Source: an uncultured virus (IMG/VR IMGVR_UViG_3300046689_000650)
Lineage: Duplodnaviria; Heunggongvirae; Uroviricota; Caudoviricetes
Direction: 5' to 3' (one strand)
DNA: 20,000 nt
Virus record (IMG/VR): IMGVR_UViG_3300046689_000650
In this document: positions 1 to 7,424 of the stretch, piece by piece
Layout: the number at the start of each line of letters is the position of its first letter
How positions within the stretch are numbered: position 1 is the stretch's first letter
Translations under genes and position numbers: made by a program
The notes under the pieces: model-generated
Databases searched by the model: none
The model's input: the letters and a program-made list of their open reading frames with translations, nothing else
What the model was told of the DNA's origin: nothing

Positions 1-7
1 GACGCCT

Positions 8-44
8 CCACAGCCCCGCCCGTTTCGCACGGGCGGGGCTGTGG
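8..44. terminator. Intrinsic terminator-like hairpin
   Basis: Perfect 16-bp stem ccacagccccgcccgt / acgggcggggctgtgg with a 5-nt loop. Confidence 0.75.
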
Positions 45-125
45 CGTTTGCGCCCTTGCGGCCAGCGCACACCCGCCTGACGGTGGACGGTCAGCGGGGT
101 GTCGTACCGACGACAGGGGGGTTTC

Positions 126-368
126 GTGTCGCGCAGGTTGAATGACGTGGCTGGCCGACTGCTGCTGCGGCTGGCCGTGGTGCTGCATCGGACGGTGGCG
201 GGTAGGGCGGCGCGGGAGCGGTTGCAGGCCCGCCGGAATCGGGCGTTGCGGGCGGCGTATCAGCGGGGCGTGCCGGTGGAGGAGTTGGCGGCTCAGATGC
301 GGCTGACGCCGAGTTGGATCCGGCAGGTGCTCAACGGGAAGAAGCCGGCGGTGGAGGAGGCCGCGTAG
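126..368 (+). CDS. Small helix-turn-helix DNA-binding protein
   Basis: RNRALRAAYQRGVPVEELAAQMRLTPSWIRQVL has an HTH pattern; GTG at 126 follows a G-rich RBS (alternative start 99); a hairpin follows. Confidence 0.7.
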   Translation: MSRRLNDVAGRLLLRLAVVLHRTVAGRAARERLQARRNRALRAAYQRGVPVEELAAQMRLTPSWIRQVLNGKKPAVEEAA

Positions 369-379
369 GCGGACATGCG

Positions 380-415
380 CGAAGGCCCCGGCCGTGGGAT
401 CGGCCGGGGCCTTCG
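380..415. terminator. Bidirectional terminator between convergent ORFs
   Basis: Perfect 15-bp stem cgaaggccccggccg / cggccggggccttcg between the stops at 368 (+) and 416 (-). Confidence 0.8.
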
Positions 416-802
416 TCATGTGGTGCAGGGCACGGGTGCGGTGAGCGCCTGCATCTGTACCTGAGTGATCGCTTTGCTGACTTTGTCGGAGAATCGCAAC
501 GCCTCCAAGGGCGCCCACGTCACGATTGAGCTCGGAGCGGTACCGCGGATCTCTCCACCACCGACTTTCTGCGACCATCCGCTCCACATTGGCAGCTCAA
601 CAGCGCAAGCTTCCAACAGATGATCTGAAAGCCAGACTTGGGTGATTTTGACCGTGACCCGACCTGCGTCATCGGGCAGCAGGAGTGTGGCAACCGGGTG
701 GGGGGTGGAACGGCGTGCAGGCACATGCCGGTTGCTTACAGCAGCAATGCCGGGACCACCGAGACAACGCACCGGACGTTCACGCGAACAGAGGATGCTC
801 AC
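416..802 (-). CDS. Hypothetical protein, lower GC; last ORF of the minus-strand operon (start uncertain)
   Basis: GTG overlaps the upstream TGA (799-802); stop abuts the terminator; no recognisable motif. Confidence 0.45.
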   Translation of the reverse strand: MSILCSRERPVRCLGGPGIAAVSNRHVPARRSTPHPVATLLLPDDAGRVTVKITQVWLSDHLLEACAVELPMWSGWSQKVGGGEIRGTAPSSIVTWAPLEALRFSDKVSKAITQVQMQALTAPVPCTT

Positions 803-1233
803 GCCGCTGCCCGCCTCGCCGCCACGCGCCCGTCTGACGCCCTCGCAGCCTCCCGGTCGTCCCGAGCGCCGTCCGCGGTCTCCCGGGCGCTCTCGCGGCC
901 TCCTGGCCCCACTGGCGGCCCATCGACGACCTCAACGGTCGGACAGGGGTACGGCGTGACGAGTCCTCGGCAACGCTGCCCGTCCCAGCCCGAGCACTCC
1001 CGGCACACCTCCACGCCGCCACGCAGCACCGGCGTGTGCAGGATGCGCAGCCGCTGCTTCAACCGCTGCAGTCGACGGGCCGCCGCCAGAGGCGGACCCA
1101 GCCGGCGCCGGAGCGGCTTGGCGGCCAGATGCTCGATGCCCTCCCGCAGGCGGGCCACCTCGGCCGGCTGCAGGCGTCCGTAGTCGGCTCGGTCGGCGAT
1201 GTTCAGCAACTGCTCAACGGTCGGCCCGCTCAC
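799..1233 (-). CDS. Hypothetical phage protein with a putative Zn-binding H-x-P...CxxC...YPCPT motif
   Basis: GTGA overlap with the upstream ORF; LHTP...CRECSG...YPCPTV pattern of the kind seen in small actinophage proteins. Confidence 0.7.
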   Translation of the reverse strand: MSGPTVEQLLNIADRADYGRLQPAEVARLREGIEHLAAKPLRRRLGPPLAAARRLQRLKQRLRILHTPVLRGGVEVCRECSGWDGQRCRGLVTPYPCPTVEVVDGPPVGPGGRESARETADGARDDREAARASDGRVAARRAAA

Positions 1234-1412
1234 GCCTGCCTCCCGTCGGCTCGCAGCGTCCTGCGTGCGGCCCGCTCGTCCGCGGCGGCCATCCGGCGCA
1301 GGGCCCGCTCGATGACTGCGGCCCGGACCTGTCCGGCGTAGCGGGTGCCGAGGATGCGTTCCGAGGTGCGGGTGAGGAGCTGGCGCGCCGTCGGACGACG
1401 CTGCGGGGTCAC
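1230..1412 (-). CDS. Small basic hypothetical protein (60 aa)
   Basis: GTGA overlaps at both ends; VTPQRRPTARQLL...GRQA. Confidence 0.65.
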   Translation of the reverse strand: MTPQRRPTARQLLTRTSERILGTRYAGQVRAAVIERALRRMAAADERAARRTLRADGRQA

Positions 1413-2356
1413 CGCTGGCCCTTCGATCGCCCGCTGTACCAGGGCAGCGCCAGACCGTCGTTCTCCGCCCGGGGAACCAGATGCAGGACACCGGCCGCGG
1501 CCTCGTCGTACTGCTTCAACGCTGCGCAAGCCGTGCACTCGCCAGCGCACTCATCGCTATGAAGACTGCGCATCTGCTCTATCGCGAACGAAGTTGCCAG
1601 GTACGAGTACCGGGACAGTGCCGCCATGAGGCCGCCTTCACGCGCGTGGTGGGACCGGCAGAGCACGCGATATCCGATGGACGAGTCGAGGCCAGAGAAA
1701 TACTTGGCTCCTGTGTCTGGGGCGACGCGAAGGCTTTCCTCCGGAAGGCCGGGGCGGAGCGCAACCTCCGGCCGACCGGAGCATGTTGCATCGGCTTCGG
1801 CGCAGGGCTGGCCTCGGAGCTGCTTCCTCGCCCTGGCGTGCGCAGCGTTGTATCCGATTTCCTCGCTGGCAGGCGGCCTACCGCCCATGTACGGCCTGCC
1901 CTGGTTTCCGCGGCCGCGAAGCGTGTAACCGCACTGCGGATCCCCACACGTCCGAAGGTCCCTTGCGTTCCGGTGGACCCGCGGCGCGAAGCACACGGGG
2001 CAGTCTCCAATCTCTGGAGTCCATGGAATCGGCACACCATCGAGTTCCTCGCGCGGGATCAGTTCGATGCTCAGATGCTCGGTTCCCTGGCCGGCTTCCC
2101 GGCCGCGCGAGGTGATCAGGTTCATGGGTCGGTCGGTCCACCGCATCAGCTGGGCAGCGTGCAGCATCGCGTCGGCGGAGACGGCCGGGTCGCTGGCGAA
2201 GTCGGGTACGTGCCGTTTCGGGATGACGAGGGTGTGGCCGTCGACGACGGGGTTGAGCGGGACGATCGCGATCACGTCCGACCACTCGTGGACGAAGGTT
2301 GCGGGTGCTCGTCCGGCGACGATCTCGCAGAACGGGCAGGGCTGTTCGGTAGTCAC
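1409..2356 (-). CDS. HIT-family protein interrupted in-frame by a Zn-finger/HNH-like endonuclease insert
   Basis: N-terminus CPFCEIVAG...PLNPVVDGHTLVIPKRHV is typical HIT; the expected HxHxH triad reads HLSIE; Cys/His-rich insert; ends with the original-type tail LHLVPRAENDGLALPW; GTG start overlaps the upstream stop. Confidence 0.85.
   Translation of the reverse strand: MTTEQPCPFCEIVAGRAPATFVHEWSDVIAIVPLNPVVDGHTLVIPKRHVPDFASDPAVSADAMLHAAQLMRWTDRPMNLITSRGREAGQGTEHLSIELIPREELDGVPIPWTPEIGDCPVCFAPRVHRNARDLRTCGDPQCGYTLRGRGNQGRPYMGGRPPASEEIGYNAAHARARKQLRGQPCAEADATCSGRPEVALRPGLPEESLRVAPDTGAKYFSGLDSSIGYRVLCRSHHAREGGLMAALSRYSYLATSFAIEQMRSLHSDECAGECTACAALKQYDEAAAGVLHLVPRAENDGLALPWYSGRSKGQR
1487..2092 (-). 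mobile_element. Putative homing-endonuclease-like insert (recoded HIT tail + CPVC...C-x4-C finger + HNH-like domain); boundaries approximate
   Basis: Many A/T-ending codons (e.g. ATT CCA TGG ACT CCA GAG ATT GGA) unlike the flanks; YNAAHAR...C...C...YRVLCRSHH resembles actinophage His-Me finger nucleases; bracketed by two copies of the HIT tail. Confidence 0.6.
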
Positions 2357-2622
2357 GCTGCCTCCTCGTGCTCGGCGTGCGCCCACGCGGGCGCTGTGTG
2401 CCTCTGTGGGGTCGGAGTGGACTCGGGGGTCAACTCGGGCTGTTCGTCCGGGAGAGACCCCGTCACGCCCCGTCTGACGGCAAGCCACGCCCACGCCCCG
2501 GTGAGCACCAGCGTGTAGACGACGACCGTGGCGACGAACGCGGCGGCCACAATCCAGGCGAGGATCGCGTCGGCCATGACCGACGCGGTGTCGATGACCT
2601 CGACGATCAACAGCGCCGTCAC
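2353..2622 (-). CDS. Small membrane protein
   Basis: Long hydrophobic segment AILAWIVAAAFVATVVVYTLVLTGAWAWLAV; GTGA overlaps at both ends. Confidence 0.75.
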   Translation of the reverse strand: MTALLIVEVIDTASVMADAILAWIVAAAFVATVVVYTLVLTGAWAWLAVRRGVTGSLPDEQPELTPESTPTPQRHTAPAWAHAEHEEAA

Positions 2623-2834
2623 GGGGTCGGCTCCTCGGCTACCGGGGTGATCGTGAGTCGCACCCAACCCAGCCGCTGCCGGTGCGACCGCTCCAGCAGC
2701 TCCCGCGCGAGGGATTCGGCGCGGTCCTTCGCGGGCGGCAGGTCGGGTTCATCTCGGATGATCTTGCTGTAGTCGCCGCGCTTGAGGTGGTAGTTGCGGT
2801 TGCTGCTGTAGGCGGTGACCTTGTAGTCGGCCAT
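2619..2834 (-). CDS. Hypothetical protein (71 aa)
   Basis: ATG 3 nt after the upstream stop; GC-ending codons; overlaps the downstream start. Confidence 0.75.
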   Translation of the reverse strand: MADYKVTAYSSNRNYHLKRGDYSKIIRDEPDLPPAKDRAESLARELLERSHRQRLGWVRLTITPVAEEPTP

Positions 2835-2837
2835 GGG

Positions 2838-3675
2838 TCAGGCCTTCCCGTCGGGCTGGGACACGGCGGCGGGCTGCTCGGCGTCGACGGTGTAGGTCGT
2901 CGTCTCGCGGATGAGGCGCCACGCGTGCCGTCCGCCGTCACGCTCGACGGTCTCGGCGAAGTCGGAGCGCGCCTCGGCGAGTTCGTATTGCACGCCATGC
3001 CAGGTGATCCAGTGGTCGCCGCGCCTCTGGGTCTCGGCGCGCCACTCGACGGACGGCGGGTAGGGGGCGTCGTCCTGCTGTGTCTCGACGGCCACACCAC
3101 CCGGACCGGACGCGGGCTGCTCGGCCCACTGGCCGTTGCGGTACGTGAGTCCGCAGCAGGGGCAGGGATCGGTGACGTCGCAGCGGACGCACTCGGCGTG
3201 ACCGGGGCAGCCAGGGTCGGACGCGGCGTCGGCCATGGCGCGCAGACCCACGGCGACGTCGTGTACGCCGCTCCAGTAACGGGGGTCGGCTTCCTTGCCT
3301 GTGGACTTGTCGATGATGGCGTCGTAGGCGTCGGCGGCTTCCCGCAGGATCGCGGCCCGGTCAGCGGTCTCGGGCAGCACAGCGGCGGCCAGCGCTTTCG
3401 CCCGGACGTCGAGCGCCTCAGCACGATCACGCATCTCCACCCAGTCCCATGCGGAGACGGTCCACGTCGCGGCACGACGACTCCAACTCGGTGATGCGGG
3501 TGCGCAACTCGGCTTGCTCGACGTCGGCGACAGCGATGGCCGCGTCGGCGCGCCTGAGGTAGTCGGGCTCGTCGTTCTCGTAGGCGGTCGGCCAGGTGTC
3601 GCCGTCACGGCGCGCCATCGCTGCGGCGTACCGAGTGCGGCGCTCGGCCTGGTCGGCGGGTGGGGTCTCGGTCAT
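2838..3675 (-). pseudogene. Hypothetical phage protein apparently split by a +1 frameshift near 3446-3448, or two coupled ORFs (3427..3675 and 2838..3440)
   Basis: Removing one G from ATGGGACTGG joins ...DVDRLRM to DWVEMRDRAEALD... as a continuous coiled-coil-like reading; the downstream part has DRAAILREAADA and a CPGHAECVRC...CPCC motif. Confidence 0.55.
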
Positions 3676-3715
3676 GGGCTGCTGCTCCTCGGGCTGGTGC
3701 GTAGGGTTCGGGGTG

Positions 3716-3752
3716 CGGGCCACCCGCCTGTTACCGGCAGGCAGGTGGCCCG
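3716..3752. terminator. Intergenic hairpin
   Basis: cgggccacc-cgcctg ... caggca-ggtggcccg imperfect stem downstream of the 3782 stop. Confidence 0.5.
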
Positions 3753-3781
3753 TGCCGCGGAAGGTCACGGGGTGGGGTGGA

Positions 3782-4105
3782 TCAGCCGGAGGTGGGAGCG
3801 CAGCCGTGCGCCATGAGCGCCAGGCCGAACCGCTCGACGTTCCCGCCGAACGAGATCTCGTTCGCGGTCGTCATCACGCTGCGAGTCCAGTCCGCCATCG
3901 ACGCCACCGCCGACGCTGCGCCGCTCGCGTCGTCAATGGACGTGAACAGGCCGAGCGCGCGGCCCTCGTGGTGGGCGAGGACCCATCGGTGGTCCGGCAG
4001 CGAGGCGTGGTCGGCGGGGACCTCGTAGACGCGCAGCCCGGGCACGGGCTCGGTGGCTTCGATGGCAAGGGGGCCGGTCGGGGTGGGGAACTCAACGGTG
4101 GGCAT
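3782..4105 (-). CDS. Hypothetical protein, paralogue of 14086..14424
   Basis: AAGGAG RBS before ATG 4105; shared motifs EPVPGLRVYE, WxLxHHxG, ADWTR. Confidence 0.8.
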   Translation of the reverse strand: MPTVEFPTPTGPLAIEATEPVPGLRVYEVPADHASLPDHRWVLAHHEGRALGLFTSIDDASGAASAVASMADWTRSVMTTANEISFGGNVERFGLALMAHGCAPTSG

Positions 4106-4221
4106 GATGCTCCTTCGGGCTGTCGGTCGGTTGGTTTGTCCACGTTTCGCATCCCGCCCCGGTCGGGCAGGTGCACGCCGTTTCCCCGGTCCGGGGGTCG
4201 GGCGGAGAACAACGGGCGAAG

Positions 4222-4512
4222 TCACGCGGCCTGGCCGTGCTGGCGGCCGACTGTGGGCAGTGCCACGACGGCGGCCTGCTCGCACTGCGGGCAGGTGCAG
4301 CGCCCGTGCGTCGGGGTGGGGCCGGTGGCGGTGGTGCCGATGGGCCAGCCGCCCCTGTGGGCGATCTCGTAGGCCGGCGGGGCGACCGCGGCCAGGGCCG
4401 GCTTCGGTGTGGGGGCGGGCTTGGCGGCCTGGCTGGTGAGGTACTGGAAGTACTCGCGGAGGCTGCCGTCGGTTCGCATTGCGGCGATGTCTTCGATCGT
4501 GGGTTCGTTCAT
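4222..4512 (-). CDS. Hypothetical protein with a C-terminal HxxCxCxxC motif
   Basis: ATGA overlap with the helicase stop; MNEPTIEDIAAMR...HGRCTCPQC. Confidence 0.75.
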   Translation of the reverse strand: MNEPTIEDIAAMRTDGSLREYFQYLTSQAAKPAPTPKPALAAVAPPAYEIAHRGGWPIGTTATGPTPTHGRCTCPQCEQAAVVALPTVGRQHGQAA

Positions 4513-5891
4513 GACTGCGCCATGTCGACAAAGCGGCTGTAGTGGCCCTGGAACGCAGTGGTGATCGTCGCGGTTGGGCCGCCGCGATGCTTGCCGACGA
4601 TCAAGTCGGCTTCGCCGGCCCGAGGGTGCTCCCGCTCGTAGGCGTCTTCGCGGTGCAGCAGGATGACGATGTCGGCGTCCTGCTCGATGGCGCCGGACTC
4701 CCGGAGGTCGGAGACCATCGGCCGCTTCTCGGTGCGCTGTTCGGGGCCGCGGTTGAGCTGGCAGAGGACGATGACGGCGATCCCGAAGTCCTTGGCGATC
4801 AGCTTCAGATTGCGGGAGATCTCGGCGACGGCCTGCTGCCGGTTCTCGGCGCGAGGCGCCTGCATCAGTTGCAGGTAGTCGACGATGACGAGCCGGAGCC
4901 CCTTGGTGCGGACCAGGTTGCGGATGCGGGCCCGCAGCGTCGGCAGAGACAACAGGGCGCCGTCGTTGATCCACAGGGGGGCGGCGGCGATATCTGGGGC
5001 CCGGCGTGCGGCGCGGAGCATGTCCTCGTCGGTGGCCATGCCCTGCTTCAGGTGGTGAAGGGCGATGCGGGCTTCAGCGGAGAGGGTTCGGTCGGAGAGT
5101 TCGTCTTTGCCCATCTCCAGCGACTCGAACAGGGTGGGGATGGCGTTGCGGATGGCGGCGGCGCGGGCGAAGTCGAGGGCGACGGTGGACTTGCCCATGG
5201 CGGGCCGTGCGCCGATGACGACGAGTTGGCCGGGTGCCCAGCCGCCGGCGAGGAGGCTGTCGAGGTCGATGAAGCCGGTGGGGATGCGGTCTTCGATGCT
5301 GGGTGGGGTGGTGGCCCGGTCGATGCTGCCGCCGAGCAGTTCCCCGATGAGCGCCAGGTTCTCCTCGTCGACCGGCCGGACGGCGCCGTCGAGGTCGGCC
5401 TGGATGGAGGCGACGTCGGCGTCTTCGTCGAAGGCCGGCGAGCTGCCTTTGAGGATTGCGTCGTAGCCGAGGGCGACAATGCGGGCGGCGACGGCCTTCT
5501 TGGCGACGCGGGTCGCGTACCAACTGGCGTTGCCGTAGTGCGCTTCGTTGCACAGTTCCATGAGCTGGTCGGCGGGAGGCACGCGGGTGGGCATGCTGCC
5601 GTCGGCGTGCCAGGTCTCGAGCTGCCGGTGGACGGCGAGGTGCTTGAGTTCGCCGTCCCGGAAGGCGGTTCGGAGTTCTTCGACGGCCCACCAGGTCCAG
5701 CGGAGCCAGTCGGTGGTGATGTCGGCGGGGTCGAAGCCTTCGGCGCCGAGGTCGTCGATGACGGCGGGCTGCATGATCGCGGTGGCGACGAGGATGCGTT
5801 CGGCTTCGAGGTCGCAGGGCCGGGAGGGCGGACGCGGGCCGGCATCGGCCACGGCCTCTTCGGCGATCCACAGGTCGGCTTCGGTGGTCAC
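4509..5891 (-). CDS. dnaB: Replicative DNA helicase, DnaB family
   Basis: IPTGFIDLD, Walker A GARPAMGKS, SLEM, VIVDYLQLM, QLNR, SDLRESGAIEQDAD, KHRGG; GTG 5891 overlaps the methyltransferase stop. Confidence 0.97.
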   Translation of the reverse strand: MTTEADLWIAEEAVADAGPRPPSRPCDLEAERILVATAIMQPAVIDDLGAEGFDPADITTDWLRWTWWAVEELRTAFRDGELKHLAVHRQLETWHADGSMPTRVPPADQLMELCNEAHYGNASWYATRVAKKAVAARIVALGYDAILKGSSPAFDEDADVASIQADLDGAVRPVDEENLALIGELLGGSIDRATTPPSIEDRIPTGFIDLDSLLAGGWAPGQLVVIGARPAMGKSTVALDFARAAAIRNAIPTLFESLEMGKDELSDRTLSAEARIALHHLKQGMATDEDMLRAARRAPDIAAAPLWINDGALLSLPTLRARIRNLVRTKGLRLVIVDYLQLMQAPRAENRQQAVAEISRNLKLIAKDFGIAVIVLCQLNRGPEQRTEKRPMVSDLRESGAIEQDADIVILLHREDAYEREHPRAGEADLIVGKHRGGPTATITTAFQGHYSRFVDMAQS

Positions 5892-6712
5892 GCGCTGAAC
5901 TCCTGGTTGAAGAGGTCGAATCGGTCGCCGAGCCTGGTGTTGGCCCAGATCACTTCCGTGCGGTCCTTGGTCGTCTTGGCGTTGCCGGTCATGGACGCCT
6001 TCTCGTAGCGGTGCCAGCCGGCGTACAGGTCGCCGTACAGCGGCGAGTGGTAGCCGGAAAGGACGACGGTGGCGCGGCAGTCGGCGAGCGCGGCCGCGAG
6101 CGCCCGGTGCTCGGCTTCGGTCTTCATCTCGACGCGGTAGTTGTTGCCCCACCCGCGGGTCGTGCCGAGGTACGGCGGGTCGACGTACAGCAGGCACTTG
6201 GGCTGCTTGCCGTACTTGGCGATCAGGTCAAGGGCAGGCATGTTCTCGAGCGACACGGCGTGAAGGCGTTCTGCCGCGGAGGCGAGGCGCAGCGCATAAG
6301 CCTCGAGGTAGCCCGGCATCGACGTGACCGACCCAGCAGGGTCGATGTAGTAGCGCCAGCCCGTGTTGCGCAGCGTGCCGGAGCGGCCCTGCGCGAGCCG
6401 GGACCAAATCCGGCGGGCCAGCTCAAGCTCGTCCGTCGTCGGGTCCCACGTCGCAGCGAGCTCGGCGCGGCCGTGCGGGGTGAGCATGCAGATGCGCAGC
6501 AACTCATCCGGCCGCTCGCGCAGCACTCGCCAGAACGTCATCAACTCGCCATCGAGGTCGTTGACGGTCTCCATCCGCGAGGGCCGTTTCGCGAGGAGCA
6601 CCGACATACCGCCGGCGTAGGGCTCGACATAGTGGTCGTGGTCGGGCAGGAGGTCGACAATCCAGCCAGCAATGCTCTGCTTGGAGCCGAAGTAGGGAAC
6701 GGGGCTCTTCAT
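5888..6712 (-). CDS. DNA adenine methyltransferase, Dam-like
   Basis: PYFGSK, YVEPYAGGMSV (SAM binding), VNDLD, catalytic YVDPPY, C-terminal RTEVIWAN. Confidence 0.95.
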   Translation of the reverse strand: MKSPVPYFGSKQSIAGWIVDLLPDHDHYVEPYAGGMSVLLAKRPSRMETVNDLDGELMTFWRVLRERPDELLRICMLTPHGRAELAATWDPTTDELELARRIWSRLAQGRSGTLRNTGWRYYIDPAGSVTSMPGYLEAYALRLASAAERLHAVSLENMPALDLIAKYGKQPKCLLYVDPPYLGTTRGWGNNYRVEMKTEAEHRALAAALADCRATVVLSGYHSPLYGDLYAGWHRYEKASMTGNAKTTKDRTEVIWANTRLGDRFDLFNQEFSA

Positions 6713-7422
6713 GCGGCTTCACCCCGACGGCGGTCCGGGCCCTTGAACACGACGCGCTGGCACATTTCGATGAGCCGGCTGGTGACGCGGTCGCCGAGGC
6801 GGTCGCTGATCTCCTTCGGCACCAGGTTGGAGGTGATCAGCGTCGGCAGGTGGTTCTCGTAGCGCCAGTTGATGAGCCGGAAGTTGATCTCTTCGGTGAA
6901 CTCGGTGGGCTTCCGCTCGGCGCCGAGGTCGTCGACGAGGAGCACCGAGGCGTTGCGGTAGTGGCGGAACTCGGCTTCGGAGTCGATGCCGTGGCGGGGT
7001 CGGAGCGCGGCGTACATGTCGGCCGCGGTGGTGACGACCCACGTGGCGGCGACGCCGGTGATCGCTAGTTCGCGGATCGCGCCGTAGGCCTGGTGGGTCT
7101 TGCCGGTGCCGGTGGGGCCAAGCAGCAGCAGGGAGCGTCCGCGGGTGATGGAGCCGACGGGTGCGCCGCGCTCGGCCTGAGTCTCGCGCGCCTCGGCGAT
7201 GAGCTCCTGGAGCCAGGTCTGAATCTCGGGGCTGTCGGCGATGGCGGCCCGGTAGTGGAACGGAATGATCTTGGCGGCGGCGACGATGGAGTAGCGGGCG
7301 ACGTTGGCGACGCTGTACGGGTCGGCGTCACCGGAGTTGAGCCAGTCGAGGTCGACGCCGCGGACGGCGAGCAGCTGCTCGAGGTGGTAGCGCTTCGGGT
7401 TGATCGGCGGGATCCACTGCAT
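6709..7422 (-). CDS. DnaC/IstB-like AAA+ ATPase (helicase loader)
   Basis: Walker A GPTGTGKT, Walker B LLVDDLG, TLITSN, RVTSRL, GPDRR; lies between the initiator and DnaB. Confidence 0.93.
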   Translation of the reverse strand: MQWIPPINPKRYHLEQLLAVRGVDLDWLNSGDADPYSVANVARYSIVAAAKIIPFHYRAAIADSPEIQTWLQELIAEARETQAERGAPVGSITRGRSLLLLGPTGTGKTHQAYGAIRELAITGVAATWVVTTAADMYAALRPRHGIDSEAEFRHYRNASVLLVDDLGAERKPTEFTEEINFRLINWRYENHLPTLITSNLVPKEISDRLGDRVTSRLIEMCQRVVFKGPDRRRGEAA

Positions 7423-7424
7423 GG

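Noticed and set aside
777..791. LexA/SOS box at cgttcacgcgaac
   Set aside because: The half-sites are GTTC-N4-GAAC, the reverse arrangement of the actinobacterial GAAC-N4-GTTC box
1478..2078. 7-bp direct repeat cagatgc (1478-1484 and 2072-2078) as a target-site duplication
   Set aside because: Both copies encode His-Leu of homologous HIT tails; excision would give QGTEHLVPR, four residues too short; no transposase or terminal inverted repeats
1487..2092. Intein or self-splicing intron as the explanation for the HIT insert
   Set aside because: No Cys/Ser start with a His-Asn end followed by C/S/T; the frame is open throughout; no joining of the ends that I could find restores HxHxH
4542..6008. 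Long + strand ORFs (also 6011..6862, 8703..9860, 11102..12451, 17435..18520 and others)
   Set aside because: Antisense shadows of well-supported minus-strand genes, expected in high-GC DNA
5892..6197. Long N-terminal extensions in the ORF track (DnaB from 6197, Gp3-like from 13096, HIT from 2494)
   Set aside because: They overlap well-supported upstream genes; coupled GTG starts fit better
6709..7422. IS21 IstB helper gene
   Set aside because: No IstA transposase; the context between initiator and DnaB indicates a helicase loader
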